A stretch of DNA of 64,000 nucleotides from Hydrolagus colliei (GCA_035084275.1 CM068750.1:11532001-11596000); one strand, 5' to 3'. Shown: positions 25,057 to 39,067, counted from the stretch's first letter. The notes: generated by a model from the letters alone, not told the origin. Numbers and translations: made by a program.

Positions 25057-26199
25057 AAATACCACAAACTTGAATTTGATATTACGTTTTTTTTCATCTG
25101 CAGTGTTACTGTATACAATTTTGTTCCTGCCTGTAGTGAATTTAATCCTTCCAATCTCCTTTGTTTTGGGGGTTTATAAAAAAAAGTCTAGCCCGGAAAA
25201 AGAAGATTTAACCTTTTCAGTACAGGCCTCTGTTGATAAAGATTTTAATGATTTATTATAATGCAGTTTCTGTCATGTTGTAGTACTTTGCCTTATAAAA
25301 ATTCTACCAAATGCTATTATTGCAGGATTTCAAAGGTTGTTAAAGATTGCACATTGCAAAGCTGATGAAACAACTAAACAGGGTCTTTTTGTCTCTTTTG
25401 CTTTCTTTGTACTCGATGAAAGCTTGTTCAGCTGACCTGCTATGAAAAGCAGGTTGACCATTGACCACCTCAATTGCCCCCAACTGTTTGTATTGTTCTG
25501 TGAATCAGATCATGTGATTTAGCAAAGATAATTCAATTAAAGGTGCAGTGCACCATCATTATGTAAATTATACCATCACCTTCTGTCTGTTTTATCTCCT
25601 TAGGCGTAAGACCAGGAGCTATAATGCAGAGATTCTCTCACTCCCTTTCTATTTGTGGCGAACAAACCCACAATAAGTAGCATTTTTGCTTGCCAGAATT
25701 CCACACCTTTGTATTATGTAACAAACGGCAACTTCAATTTTATCTCCGTTTGACGCTGCCCTGCTTCTTTATGAGAATTAGATGATAGATCAGTGCACTG
25801 ATTTACTGAAATATTCTATTGCGATTGGCTTGTGAATGGCATTATTTCCCCATTAAAGTGCCTATGTTCTAGGGCTGCAGAACATCAACTTTGTTAAATC
25901 CACATTAATTAGGCACCGAACCATTCACTAAAGGGGATATTGAAAGAAAGTTTTGGTTCAGGAATGGGAGGGAGTAAGTCCTCAGGCTGTTGATTTAGTA
26001 TTTAACCTAAATCTAACTGCTGTGCCCATATTGGTAATGGACTTCAAATCTTGTTATGTTTACATTGTTTTTAAAAAAATTATTCAAGTCTGTTTAATTT
26101 TCTCAGTATTCATGACAAGCTTTATGGCCTCACTTCCTTTTTACACCACAGCCTCATGTCAGGTTAGGATAGAGCAACCTTAACGATGCTTGTGTTGCT

Positions 26200-26307
26200 A
26201 TCAATCCCAGGTGGATTTATTTCCATTGAATAACAGATCCTGTTTCTATTTAATGATCTCAGTGAAGCAGATCCTTTCAAATCAGAGTACCTTTGAAGTA
26301 CTGCACT
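26200..26307 (-). mobile_element. Old Deu-domain SINE fragment
   Basis: Reverse complement CAGTGCAGTACTTCAAAGGTACTCTGATTTGAAAGGATCTGCTTCACTGAGATCATTAAATAG resembles the Deu core of 5451 and 54721. Confidence 0.4.
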
Positions 26308-27126
26308 GTACTATTGCTGTGTGTGCTCCTGGTTACCCATCACCTTTGGTATATCATCCAATAGTATAGCCTGAAACTTTCTCAAGTTCATTTTCTATGT
26401 CTCTGTCCATCATTCTTTTGGTTATGAGACTTCATTTTATTGGCAGCAAGCATTATGTTTGTGCTATTATGTACCTAATTATACTTTATGGTACTGGCCA
26501 GTTTTTATTACACTGGGCATGATTTTGTACCAGATTTTAATAGCAGATTTCCAAAAAAATGTTTCCTGATTGCTGTAATGTATCATTCAACTGAGGGAGA
26601 AAGTTGAGCTTTCTGCTAGTTGTATCCTATTTGCAGCTCATATACAAACCAATGTAAAACTATCACTCATTTTCCGATAATACAAGTCCTCAGCATGTTC
26701 AGTTTGGGGTTTTAGTGTAATTAAGCACCTGATGTTACAAGATTTTATTTGGTCTAAATTTATCCAGAGTTGAAGCCAAGGCTATTATTAGTTGTGTAGT
26801 TTGCAGTTCTCTAATGCTAGTTTAATGCAAGATTCGGTTATTTTCCTGCATCCACATCCCACAGTGATGAATAGTATGAGTTTTATTCTGGAGTTTTTTA
26901 TTTTATAGTATTTAATGCAACTGTGATTCAGTTAGAGTTCTATAATTTCCCCTTTCTCATATGGCAGGGGAATATATAGATACAAGCTTAATTTCTCAAT
27001 CCTTTGGCAAAGCTCTAGCAATACAGATTTAATATATAGTATGGAAAACAATTGCACACAGATAAACACCAACAGCATGTACTGAAAAACTACAGCAGGT
27101 CAATCAGCAGCTGAAAGAGAAAGATA

Positions 27127-27668
27127 ACAACAACAACTAATTACATTTGTGTAGCGTCTTTCAAATCGGGAGTACATCTCAAGGCTCTACAATCAGGGAT
27201 TTGGACCCGAGCAGGCGTTTGGGATCAGGAGGAGTTGAGGGTAGGTTAGTAGAGTGGCTGAAGGTGCAGTTGAAGAGGAGAGTCTTGAGGTGGACCTTGA
27301 AAGAGGCAAGAGGCAAGGCGAAAGCAGGTCACAGAGCCTGGTGGGGGAGAGGACACAAGCTGCAGAGTTCCGGATAATCTGCAGCTTGTGGAGGGAAGAG
27401 TTGGGATGGCCGCCAAGCAGGGGGATGGTGTTGTTTAGCCTAGATGTAGTAAACGCATGCATGAGGGTTTCGGCAACTTGTGGGAGGTAGTGGCACAGCC
27501 GGACAATGTTGCAGAGATGGGGGAAAGGCAGAATGGGTCATGGCACAGATGTGGGGCAGAAAGGACATTTGAGGGTCAAACAAGATGTCAAGGTTTCGGA
27601 CTAGTTCATTGAGGTGGAGTGCATCTATGATTGGTCCCTGAGGTGTGACACTGGCAGTATCACTGTCC
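27127..27668 (-). mobile_element. 5'-truncated L2 LINE (RT C-terminal remnant plus 3' UTR and (GTT)n tail)
   Basis: Minus-strand translation ETLMHAFTTSRLNNTIPLLGGHPNSSLHKLQIIRNSAACVL resembles the L2 ORF2 motif ETLIHAFVTSRLDYxNxLLxGLPxxxLxKLQxIQNSAAR. Flanked by an AGATA direct repeat (27122-27126, 27669-27673). Confidence 0.88.
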
Positions 27669-28107
27669 AGATAGGTTAATATTTTAAGCAGGATCCTTTA
27701 TTAGAATCCACAAGAATTTGCTTTCAGGTTTAGAGAAAAAATCCTGCTCAATACGAAATATAGTAACCTTCACAAAATAAATTCATAACTTATGTCCAAG
27801 GTTTTAAAACATTAGAAAATAATTTCTAATCCATTGCAAAAAGAGTACAGTATAAATTGTTGTTTTATCAAGTTAGAAAGTCAAGATAAATTGCATTCAT
27901 TAGAGGTAGGGTGAGATGGAGAATCTAAGAACTTGCACCTAATCATAAATGTCATTCATGACCTCGGTATCTGGGAAAAAAACAATACTTATATTGCAAG
28001 AGATTGCCAGAGCATGTCAATAATGCTGTTATCGCCAGCCATCAGTATTACAGCAACAGATTTATTCTGAAATGTGCTATTGTGCTCAGGTCCTTGATCC
28101 CACTGCA

Positions 28108-28454
28108 GCTCAATTAGTTTGGTGTTTGATTACTCTTCGTGGTCTGATGCTTCAGTTATGATCGGTTTTGTGATATTGTGGTCGCTCACTTAGTCTGACG
28201 TTTGATACTGTGGGCTGCTATCTGATGTTACTTCAGAATATGTAATGTGCAATACAATTAGACTTTTTTCCCCTTGCACTTTGCAACTGGATCAGTCACT
28301 GGATGCTTCAGCAGCTCATTTAGTCTGGGATTTGAAATCCTGATAAGGTGTCTGATTCTATAATAACTAATTTAGTCTGGAGTTTAGTCATTTCCCCTTG
28401 TAGTTGTGATTAGGTGTGTGATAGTAGAGTGGCTCATTTACAGTAGAGTTTAAT
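28108..28454 (+). repeat. Decayed tandem array, about 23-nt motif GCTCA(T/C)TTAGTCTGG.GTTTGAT
   Basis: Copies start at 28108, 28184, 28314, 28366 and 28432, with a remnant near 28252. Period is about 52-76 bp. Confidence 0.6.
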
Positions 28455-31400
28455 ATTCTGAATGGAGATCAAATGCCTCTGGTTGGTGCCAAGCAAATCT
28501 GAAATCTAGTTATAGTAATCAACAATTAATCTTATTGACATGCTCTAGCAATCTCTTGCATATTCAATTATTGTTTTTTCTAGCTATTAGTTTGTTAAAA
28601 TATTTTAATTGTTATTCATTTTTACATGCTCACAACTCTTTGCCATGTATAACTCTAACTTAGGTCAGGAAAATGAGGCAGTCTTATCCTATGAATTTTC
28701 CACAGATTGTATCAGTAATGCCCCTTGATCACCATCCAAGAAATGTGTTTGTGCAGAGAGGAAACTCATCTCTTTCCTGTACAGCCTCTGCTCATTCTAT
28801 ATGATTGCAGTAAAACAGGCAAAGACTGTACCTAACACAAGCCTGGGGGTGAATGTCAGTTGATACAGACATTTAGAAGAGAGTCCAATGTTGCTATAAT
28901 ATAGGTGTTGACCTATTCCTATTATATCCGTAGTCTTCACTACAGCTGTTCACATATTGTAGCATGCGATTTTACACGGACTTCAATCTCTTTTTTGAGT
29001 CTCTGGCGGAAGGTATGGAGTCTGTAGCCTCCTTTCTTGGTGATGGTAATTTGCAACATTTGGACTGAATGTTCTTTGTGAGGTATTGTTTGCTATCTGT
29101 AACCTTTTCCTGGACCTGCATCTCAGGAATAGAACAGATAAGAAATGGATAATTCCTTGTTTTGGAACTTAAAATGCATTGCACTTGCTTTCCAAGAGAT
29201 GGTACTTGGATATGCAAGAGATTGTCTGAGCTTGTCGCTATGATTAATTGTTGATTACTATACCAGATTCCAAATTTGCTGCGGCTTTCGTCCCAACAAA
29301 CATACATTACTAGCTTTATCGCTGCCAGTCATTTAGAATTAGTGTAGCTATTGCAAAAGCAGCTGGGAACTTGAAGATCTCTTGCCTTCAAACTAGGGAT
29401 AATGATCATTGTATTTTTCCACAACAAATCTTACTGCAGTGCTAGGGGGTGATTCTCTAGACTAGGTTGAAGTCTGTAAGCATCAGCATACTATCAGTTC
29501 ATAGCTGTTCTGTGTCTGAGTTAAATTAGATAAATATTATGACTGATTATCTTGGTGTTGAAACACTAAGAATAAAACTATGCAATATTGGTTATTGGTC
29601 ACTGTTCATAAAGTGTTTGGAGTTATTCTCCCTCTTCCATCTTATTGTGCTCTTATCGCTAACAGTCTCATATGAGTGTATTGAATCTCACATCTAGAAC
29701 AGATGTTTAGTACAATATGTGAATCTCGAATGCCTGATATGTGTACTTCATAGAGTGACTATTGTGATATCTATAATCAGCTATTTGATATGTTACACTT
29801 GCTCTAAAATAGCAATGTTTAAACATCCTCAGATAATTTTGAATCTGCATCATAATGCCAACAATAAACCAAAAATTTTTTTTGAAGGATATGCTAGTGA
29901 GACACTATCTCACTAGCATAGAAACCTCAGGCATTAAAAAGACATAGCAAAAAATCATTGTATTGATCAATGTAAGTTAACCCTCCTTCTTCACTGCACT
30001 GAATTACAATGCAGCAACTGAATAATCCAAAGGTTTACCAATCTCGCAAAGTACTAAATGTGTAATAAAAAACTGTACATTTTCCGTGAATAAAAGCTGG
30101 TATACTCAATTCTATTTGTATTATAAAAGCGCTTAGCTAAAATAGTGCTGCATAAAATTGATAATTTAGTTAGTTACTCTGTCCAGGATTTCATAATTGT
30201 TTTTACAGTTTATCTAGGTCAGATTGTTTTGGTTTTCAAATTTGCTTACATCTATTGCGCACATGGATATATTATACAAGACAATGGAGTGGAATTTCTG
30301 AAGAATCCATTGTATTTCTTTGCAAAGCTCTGGTTGCATTTCCTTTGGGTTCTCTTCCTGCTCTCTGTGTCTCACTCTCTGCTCGGCATGCTATGACCCT
30401 GAGTGGATCAAACAAACCATGGTGAAAGTTTCCCTCATTTGCATCACTTCTAGACAGCCCTGTCCTGCTCTTTGCTGACAGGAAATCACTGCCTTTGTCA
30501 CCTTTTTGTGCTCTACTTGTGGCTGTGGTCACGTGACTGGGAATAATCCCAACCACAGTTAAGATATAACTGCCCCTGACATGCTTCTTTCAAAACCTAA
30601 AAGTAAATGAAAACAAAAATGCTTTGAATTATGAAGCAGGGTGATTAAAGCATTGGCACTGACTGCTTCTGAAATAGAAGATTTAAAAAAAATACATCCA
30701 GCATTGTCTTTATAAATTAAAAGGAAAAATATGATCCATCACCATGTTGTACTTCTTTAAAATTCTCCCCTGATCTAAAATATTGTATCCTCAGCCATAT
30801 AAAAACTTTACTTGTATCAGTGTGACACAATGTGCTATGAAAATTTATTGTATTAAACCCCGGAATATTACAGCAACAGAAATAAATGTTTTTTTTTGCA
30901 AAGACAGGTGCAGATGTACACACAACACGGCATGGTCCAGACACTTTGAAAGAAAAGAGCTGAAATGAAGAGGACCCTCTATACTCACAACAAAGCCGGG
31001 GGTTGTGTATTTTTTCTCCAGTGTGGTGATTCAAAAGAGATCTCCATGGAGACAGAAATACATTTCTTAAACAGTTTTATTTTCCCCCAAATAAAGTTTA
31101 TGTAAAAGGGAGAAAGTAAATGCACTTTAGGTTTTGAATTTTTTCAATTTATTCACAGAACAATATTAATTCAAGATGTTCTATGCATTTTCCCCAGAAA
31201 ATTACAATATTATTTCAAATGATTTAATATTATTATTAAGGTGTATCAGATGTATCAGATCAAGTGTTTCAAAGGTTCATGTCAACAAACCTTTTCACAT
31301 AATAGTTTTATTTTCTTTAATTTGGTTAAAATGGCTCAGAATACCAGATTAAACATGTTTCTCAATTAAAACAATTTAATATCCTGTAACTGAACTGTAG

Positions 31401-33392
31401 CTGGGGATTTAATAACCTTTTGTCTTTCGATGGAAGGTGTAATGAGTCTCAAATAGAAAACTTGCCAAAAAATTAAGATTAGCTGTTAGATAATGCTGAT
31501 GTATCAGACAATCAAGGTTCTATAAAACATTCATACTCTGAAATAACTGCACTAAAATTGCTCTAAATCACAACACTTTAACTTGAGGCATGGGGTAATG
31601 AGGCATAATCTAATCTAATGCATTCTTTTGGTTATTTTCCTTTACCCCATATCCCTTTGCATGGGTTACAAGGTGATCAATTTAAAACACTTATACAGAT
31701 TATAATTGAACATTGTGAGTCCTCAGGCACCCAAATGTATACATACCCCTGATGCACATGTACGTATATGCATGCACATGTAGACATACAATTGTACATT
31801 CTAAAGGTCAAAAAGATATTGGACAGTGTTAGAGCTTTTCCTATGTATGCATACCAGTTTTCATAATTATATCTTTCATTATCACATGTGTAATGATTTT
31901 TAAATCCATTACAGGGATGTAAGTTAATCAACATAATCTGAGTACTGTTTGAGATAGGAAAATGAATAACTTGGATCTTTGGATATGTTGGAGAAAGTAG
32001 TTCTATGATTATAATTTTGCCCCCCTTTGATTCCTTCATGACTAAGGTGATTCTTTGTCTTAACACATGTGCAAGTTGTTTTGCAGTATTTCAGTTGGCA
32101 GCTTTAGTAAAGGCCATTGGTAACATAATATTAAAAAAGACATTTTCTCTTACATTTTTGAGAACCCGTCCGTTAAAGGTTAAATTTGATCAATAATGTA
32201 TGTATATCATTCTCTTCTTTGTACTTCGAAGCTAGAGGAGATGGATTATAGAAGCACATTCCAATTCAACATTTTTAAATCATGTGCTGCAAAAGATCTA
32301 ACAAAGAAGTTAGATTGATATTAATGTTCTTGGGTAAAGTGTGAATTACTAAGAAATATCACAAATCAGGGTTGTCACTTCTGAGAGCTTTAAAAGAAAC
32401 GGCCAACTTTAAGGGAAGCCTTTTATTGTGGTTACAGGTTATCTATTAGAGGCACACTGCGGTTTTGCGCTGTTTAGAAGCAAGGTTTTTGTGGTTGGGT
32501 AGCTACATATCAGATGATAATACTTTGAACAATGCTGACAGTTCCAACGTGGTCAATTTAACACTTTCTGGATTAATTCAACTGGGACAGGAAGATGAGT
32601 TTGGAGAGTTCGGTTTGAGCTGCTCTTTGTGCCCTTGTATTTTATTTGTACAACACATTTCTGTCAAGTTGTTTATTCTTGAAATAGTTTCAACTGAATC
32701 AGCAATTAGTTGTTTTATTTCTAGGAACACTACACATGGAGCAAAAACACTTTGGTTAATCATTCTGGATTTGAATCATGATCTGCCTAGTTTTGTTGCT
32801 GTATTTTTTAAAATTTAAATTCTAAAGTATATCAAAGATAGTTTGTGAATTTAGTGGTTACAATTACAGCATGTTCTATACACTTTTTTTCAATTATTTT
32901 ATAAAAGGATATAGAGACTGCCCTTTGTTACCAGCAAGAATAACCTTCATGCTTTGTCTTTCAGCTCTAGTTCTCTTTATTGAATATTTTTTATCATACA
33001 CATTATATTCAGTCTTAAGTCTTCAAACAGTAAACTAACATTGCATGCAGCCAGTGGATTGTAAATCAGACATAATCTGCTTCTGCACCCTCCACAGTGA
33101 CTTCTCACCCTCTTAAAGATTGATTCCAGTAACAGCAGCAGTTTCAGGCTCACTCACACTTTTTGTCAGATCAGAGAACAGGAATATGAACTGCGAAGGG
33201 CAAAGATTCTCAGTTCTAACTGTAGGAGTACATTTAGGAAATCTGCTTCCTCAGCATGGCTTTCGTTATTTATTCAACTGGATCAGCCCATTAACAAATT
33301 AAAATCATTCTTCATTTCCTAAACTCTGAAAAATTGGGATGTGGTTGATGTTTGTCGCTGTATCTGAATAGAGGTGTAATTGGCCAGTGTAT

Positions 33393-33477
33393 TAATAATA
33401 AATAATTCTTGCATTTCACGTCTTCCAGACTCAAAGCGCTTCACAGTATACACTGTATATCGAGTTGTGGGCGAAAT
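33393..33477 (-). mobile_element. SINE 3' fragment, antisense
   Basis: TAATAATAAATAATTCTTGCATTTCACGTCTTCCAGACTCAAAGCGCTTCACAGTATACACTG..GTGGGCGAAAT. Confidence 0.7.
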
Positions 33478-34643
33478 ACCCAACATTGGAATTACCAATG
33501 GTTTGGTGCTGAACAAGATGATGCACAGATGTTTTGTTTCAGAAACTAGTGACATTGTAACACTGATTTTAATCATCTTGGTTCATATGCATTGTTATTT
33601 TCTATAAATGTTGAAGGTTTTACATTAACTTAAATTATATGAGTGAATTTAAGTCAGAGTAGGCAGCACACTTATGATGATATCTTTCTTTCAATGATCA
33701 TCCTTTATGTTTTAATATTGTAAATCTTTCAAGTGTACAAACATAATTTAAAGTTATATAGTGGAATACATACTTATGATTGATTTGGTCTGTATCACTT
33801 GTATCCACAAGATGGCCTACTTTCCTAAACTGGACACGGAAACAAACTGTTCAATTTCCTGACCAGCAGAAGGTTGTTTATTTTTTGAACATTGCACGTT
33901 ATATTAGTCTCCCAATTTTCAATTAGTGGAAATCTTTAATATGTTGAATTTTTTTTGCTATCAACAAATTAGCTTGTATTAGCTTGCAAGAGAAGCTAAA
34001 TGTATTATAGTTGGAACAATTTATCTTGATAAAACCAGACTTGTTTTCAGCTGTAAATACCAGTGTTGTTGTCAAACAAAGCATTTCCATGATCATTTCA
34101 TCATTAGCCTTGCCAGCATTTACAATGTTAAAACAAGAATATGCAGATTATTTCTTTATTTAAAGTGAATATTTTGACATTTTAAAGCTGCTATACAAAA
34201 TAAACCAGTTTACAAAAAGCAGTATACAATAAACTATATTCAGAAAGAATCATCATAGATTTTATAATAATCTTCCAGTAAATTCAGTCCATGCAATGAT
34301 TAAAAAATCCATGCAAAAAAACATGTTTTTCTATTTTTTTTAACAGTAATAATTGAGCAATTAGGGGTTTCTCCCACCCGCTGTCATACTATAAAAACAA
34401 TTTTCTCAGAATAATCAAGCTGACAACAATATTGCTCAGTGTCTGTTTATGTTTGGATCTTTTCCAAATGGTTCAGATGCCTCCACAGTAACAGATCTGC
34501 TTTACTCAAGCTTGCACTCTTCCAGAGTTTGCTTTTTCTGATTTGGCCTCAGTAACATTTGTCAAGCAGCTTTATGTTTTTGCTAACCTGCCTGGCCACA
34601 AAATCTGACTGCGTCTTGTAGAGAGCATTAATTTTACTTTTTG

Positions 34644-34775
34644 NNNNNNNNNNNNNNNNNNNNNNNNNNNNNNNNNNNNNNNNNNNNNNNNNNNNNNNNN
34701 NNNNNNNNNNNNNNNNNNNNNNNNNNNNNNNNNNNNNNNNNNNNNNNNNNNNNNNNNNNNNNNNNNNNNNNNNNN
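34644..34775. other. Assembly gap (132 N)
   Basis: Run of N. Confidence 1.
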
Positions 34776-37700
34776 TGAAAAATCACACACAGATGAATCT
34801 GTATAGGTTTTCAGATAATTTATCATGAAATAGGTTGAATATGGTATGTTACAGTTCTTCAAAAATCACGTTCGCACTTGCTGAAGTTAAGTTTTGTATT
34901 AGTAAGCATTTACTTCTCATTATACCTGTTAAATAAGTTATTGGGCTGCTATAAATTCTATTTAGAACTATGTCGATGCTGAAAACCAGGAGGCTAATTA
35001 AGGACATGATTGAAATTTGTTGGATCTTCTGTGCAGATTTTGAACTATATATTGCAAATGTTGACGTGTAAAGAATAACAATTTTAACCATTCTGTGGAC
35101 CACGCATGACTAAACAGAATATGAATTCCTATCCTGCAAGATGCTTACTATAGTTAAGTCTGTACATTTTCATTAAATTGTAAGTCAGCGGGCAGGCTGT
35201 TGTTTTCCCAATTGACAATGAATCAAATTTAGTCTTGCAAGCATATACAAATTCAGATTTGCTTTTCATTATTTTGTTCTTTTCTCACTACAAAGTGTGG
35301 GTCAATGTGGGACAAAGACAGTCTTTATTTCTTTCACACTCTCTCCCATTTTTTTCCTTTTGCAGTCCCATCCATCTGGGGAGTGAAGTGATCTATCCTT
35401 GGACCTCTCTGCAGACACCTGCGGGTGGTCTAATCATGAGGATCTCTGCCTCACCTTCAACCTCTCTCTCCATTATAAACTAATGAAACTTATTACCACT
35501 AATTTAGCACATTTGAGCAAACCCAGGACTTTGCATCCTTACATGTCTGATTCAGAGGCAAGCGCTCAATCTATTTCTCTGTTGGACTAGCCTGTTTTCT
35601 ACAAGTTTTCAGTTCATGTATTTATTTGCTATCCTTAGGAATATCCAGCAGCTGGGTCAGGAAATTGCAGATGGCTTTTTAACGTTGCTTTGCCAGTTAT
35701 GTTCTTTTAGCTTCCTTCACTTGAATACACCTAGCTGGTTGCGTTCTCACAAAGCAGCGGAAGAATGATCCAGATGTGAATTGCTTACAAGGTTTTGCTT
35801 TCTGATTATGTTCGTACTCTGTAATTAGCACTATTTTTTTCGGCAAAAAAGTTAATAAATCCATGATGAGGATAAATCAGATACGGATGATATTTTCAAC
35901 ATGTCACTCCCTATTAGTGCAAAGCCCTATTAATGCTTGCTGGGCAGTCCACTGAATAACAAAGGTTATGTGTGAGTCAGGCAGCCTTTGATGACATCTA
36001 TTCTGTTCTTTAATTGGTGCTTGGGATTATATTTTCACGTGAATTATAATTAGAGCCCACAGCCAAAGTGGAGGAATGGGGGTCGGGGGATGACAAATCA
36101 TCACTTTGGTAGGTGCTAAAGTTATGAAGAGTGCATCTTCATGTACTGGAACTACTCCATTCTAATTTTGCACTGCAATGACGCAAAATCTTTGTAGAAA
36201 GTAGTTCAAGAAAATAAAATGCTGACATCTATATAATAGATTCCAACTTTAATACTTTATCACATTAAAGTAAAGTTAATTGGCATAAACTGTTTTCCAT
36301 GTTTTATTAACTCAATGTGTTTCAGGCAACAATTAACGTGAAAGCACTACAATGCTTGTGCAACTCATCTTGCCTAGTGGCGCTCCATTTATCATTGCAG
36401 TTTTACATTGACCTTGACACCCACTTCATTAGAATAAAGATTGTCTACCATTTAGGTTACATTGTTCCTATGCACACAGACCCCATGCAAATTTTGTGCA
36501 GATAGAAGAGCTGTGAGCCTGTCAGAGGTCGTCTGCATTAAATAATTGCAGCTATTTTTTCCAACTGCTTCTTTTCATTCTGTGAATTCAGAGCAGTAGG
36601 AACACTTCAGTCTAATATCTGAACTCTTTGACTGTTGCTGTGTAACATGAATCAACAGGAAGGTTTATTACAAATGATGAATGGTTATTAAGCAGTACTA
36701 AACTACCATAATGTAATCTTCGTGAAGAAAAATTCTAACAAGTTCAATAATCTCTGACGGTCTTCAGCAATCCATATAATCAAAGGTCTTTTAAAGAGTT
36801 CCAGATTTGTCATATTACTATCTTCTCTCTAAACAGTCTTGGATATAGACATACTTTATCAAAAAACCGTTAGACAAAATGACATACCTGTCATTGCAAT
36901 TTACTTTATTCATTTACAGTAGGTAACAGAAGTGCTCTTTTGACCCCTTAAACTGCACTAAAGACAGTCTTCAATAGATCAGGCGAAATTATAAAATTTA
37001 TTTTTTTAACCCAAATGTTCGACAATTAATCTTTTGAAATATTGCATTTGAAAAATCACAACTTTGTGCAAAGACTTCTGCTGTTTAAAATCAGGGTCAA
37101 AGTGAATAAGCTGTCTGCCCTCATAAGAGAATTTCAGAGTAATATAATTTGAATTTAATTATTAATGGAAGATATTTAAAAAAGATTGCTTCATGATCTC
37201 CTATTAGTGAATTTGCAATTCATTTTGATATTTGGAGTTTGATTTATAATGATGATAATGCAATCTATGTCCAATTAACAATGCATGGGCTATGTAATGT
37301 GATTTTCAACGCGTGTAAATGGAATCAGCTCTTAGAAAAAAACTGATTCAGAAGCTCAAATGTAATTTGCTTGGTAAGTTCTCGCAATTTTAAATGACAT
37401 TGCAGTTCTTTAATCTTTTCAAAGATCATGAAGTAAATGTATTCAGAATCAAGTTATCGCATTATTACTTTACAAAAAGAAAAATGTAGATCTTCCACTG
37501 TTATTCTTATATTCTGAAATTATTTGTGTATTTCTTCATATTAAAAAAAGTACAATTATTTCTACATTTTGTATGAGACAACCTTTGACTGATCTTAGCT
37601 ATCCAAGTCTTTTAAACTAATAACTGTACATTGGCAACTAATTAAGGTACTTCTTCTGACACTTCTTACATTGATTTCAGTAAGTGGTCATAGTTGCTGG

Positions 37701-39067
37701 TAGATGACTGCATAGATTGACATGCTGGTTTCCAGCAGATTCCTGTGCTGTGTGTGTATATGCAGCGGAGCTTAGGACCTTCCACTGCTGAATAAAAAGA
37801 GCCTTTGTTCACTGGTGAATGGCATTAGGCATGGGCTTCCTATGGGGCCACCATGTATCTTAGCAGGAAGATTGTAGATCGTCACCAGAAACTGCAGCTA
37901 GAATTTATTTTAATTATTTTACAATAATATGTTAGTAGTTTATTTTAATAACAAAAACACTAATGAATTTTGCAGTTGATATCGTTGTTGCCTTCTAGTT
38001 ATATCTTTTATGTTAATTGATGACTATATCCCTATTGCATAATTCACTTTTGGAACAGAGGATCTCAAAATAGTCTTAAGATTGTCTCAATAATCTGCAA
38101 TGTTTATTGGCCTTTTCACACTCTGTTTGGTAGCCATAGCTTCACTATGTACTTACTATGTAGAGACCCTTTTCAATCTGACCAACAGAGGAACTATACA
38201 AAGACTTATAATAGATGTCTTTGCTTGACTGTGCTTTTAAAGCATTATTTTGAATTCCATCATGCTGTCTTTTTTCCTCCCTCTCTGAAGTTTATTACAA
38301 GAGCTGAATTCCCAGGGAGCTTTGGGGGCAGAGTTCACATAATATGGCCATGCGATCTTTTTTCCTCTGTGGAGTAGATGCATTGCAATCTTGAGCATCT
38401 TTCTGTTTTTCCCTTCTCTGAATACAGTGTTGTTTCATTACAACATTCAGACAGCCCAGGCAGTTTTCACTGTCATAGATTTTGCATGTGTAGATGTTTT
38501 TCATATGTTCAAGGTCAGAGAAGTTCTGTAAAGTTTCCATGAAAAGTTTCCTTTCTTGACCCCTGTATGACTAGGCACCTTATTCTTTTAGCACTGAAGG
38601 AGGCTAAAAAGTGCCCAAATCTGTCAAAGTGAGCCTTCTATACACATTTGAAAATGGCTTATTCTTCTGGTCACCATGGTGACAATTAACAGTGTTTCAA
38701 AGCTTTGTTCGTCTCTCCATTTGGGGAGAATTTTCCTTGGTGAGATTTTTCGCCAAAACTGTTTTACAAAAGCGTGCATTTAGCATACTTATTTTTTTTA
38801 AATAGTAGTATGTTAATTACATTTGCACTAATTTGAAATAAGGATTGTGTGTGTTATAACAATCTTGCCTATGTTGATTTTGCAGTGCTTTTAAATATCA
38901 GTGAATGAAAAACAAACCTCAGACTTTGTGGAGGAAGTTTTTAAATCATTTTGGATTCAGTTGGATGTTTTGAAATTAAACATAAAAATGCACATAAAAG
39001 TTTTTCCAGTATGGACCAATATTGGCTATGAGTTCCAAGATTGTGCTTTTGTTCTTTTGTCTAGTTT

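Noticed and set aside
25362-25425. CTGATGA...GAAA as an intronic hammerhead (also 12207 and 46109)
   Set aside because: No stem II pairing between the core motifs.
27147-27490. ORFs 27147-27377, 27193-27462 and 27254-27490 as host genes
   Set aside because: All lie within the L2 remnant.
28108-28454. CRISPR array
   Set aside because: Vertebrate intron; repeats are degenerate, spacing is irregular, spacers are partly similar, and there are no cas genes.
34572-34862. ORF spanning the N gap
   Set aside because: Artefact of untranslatable Ns.
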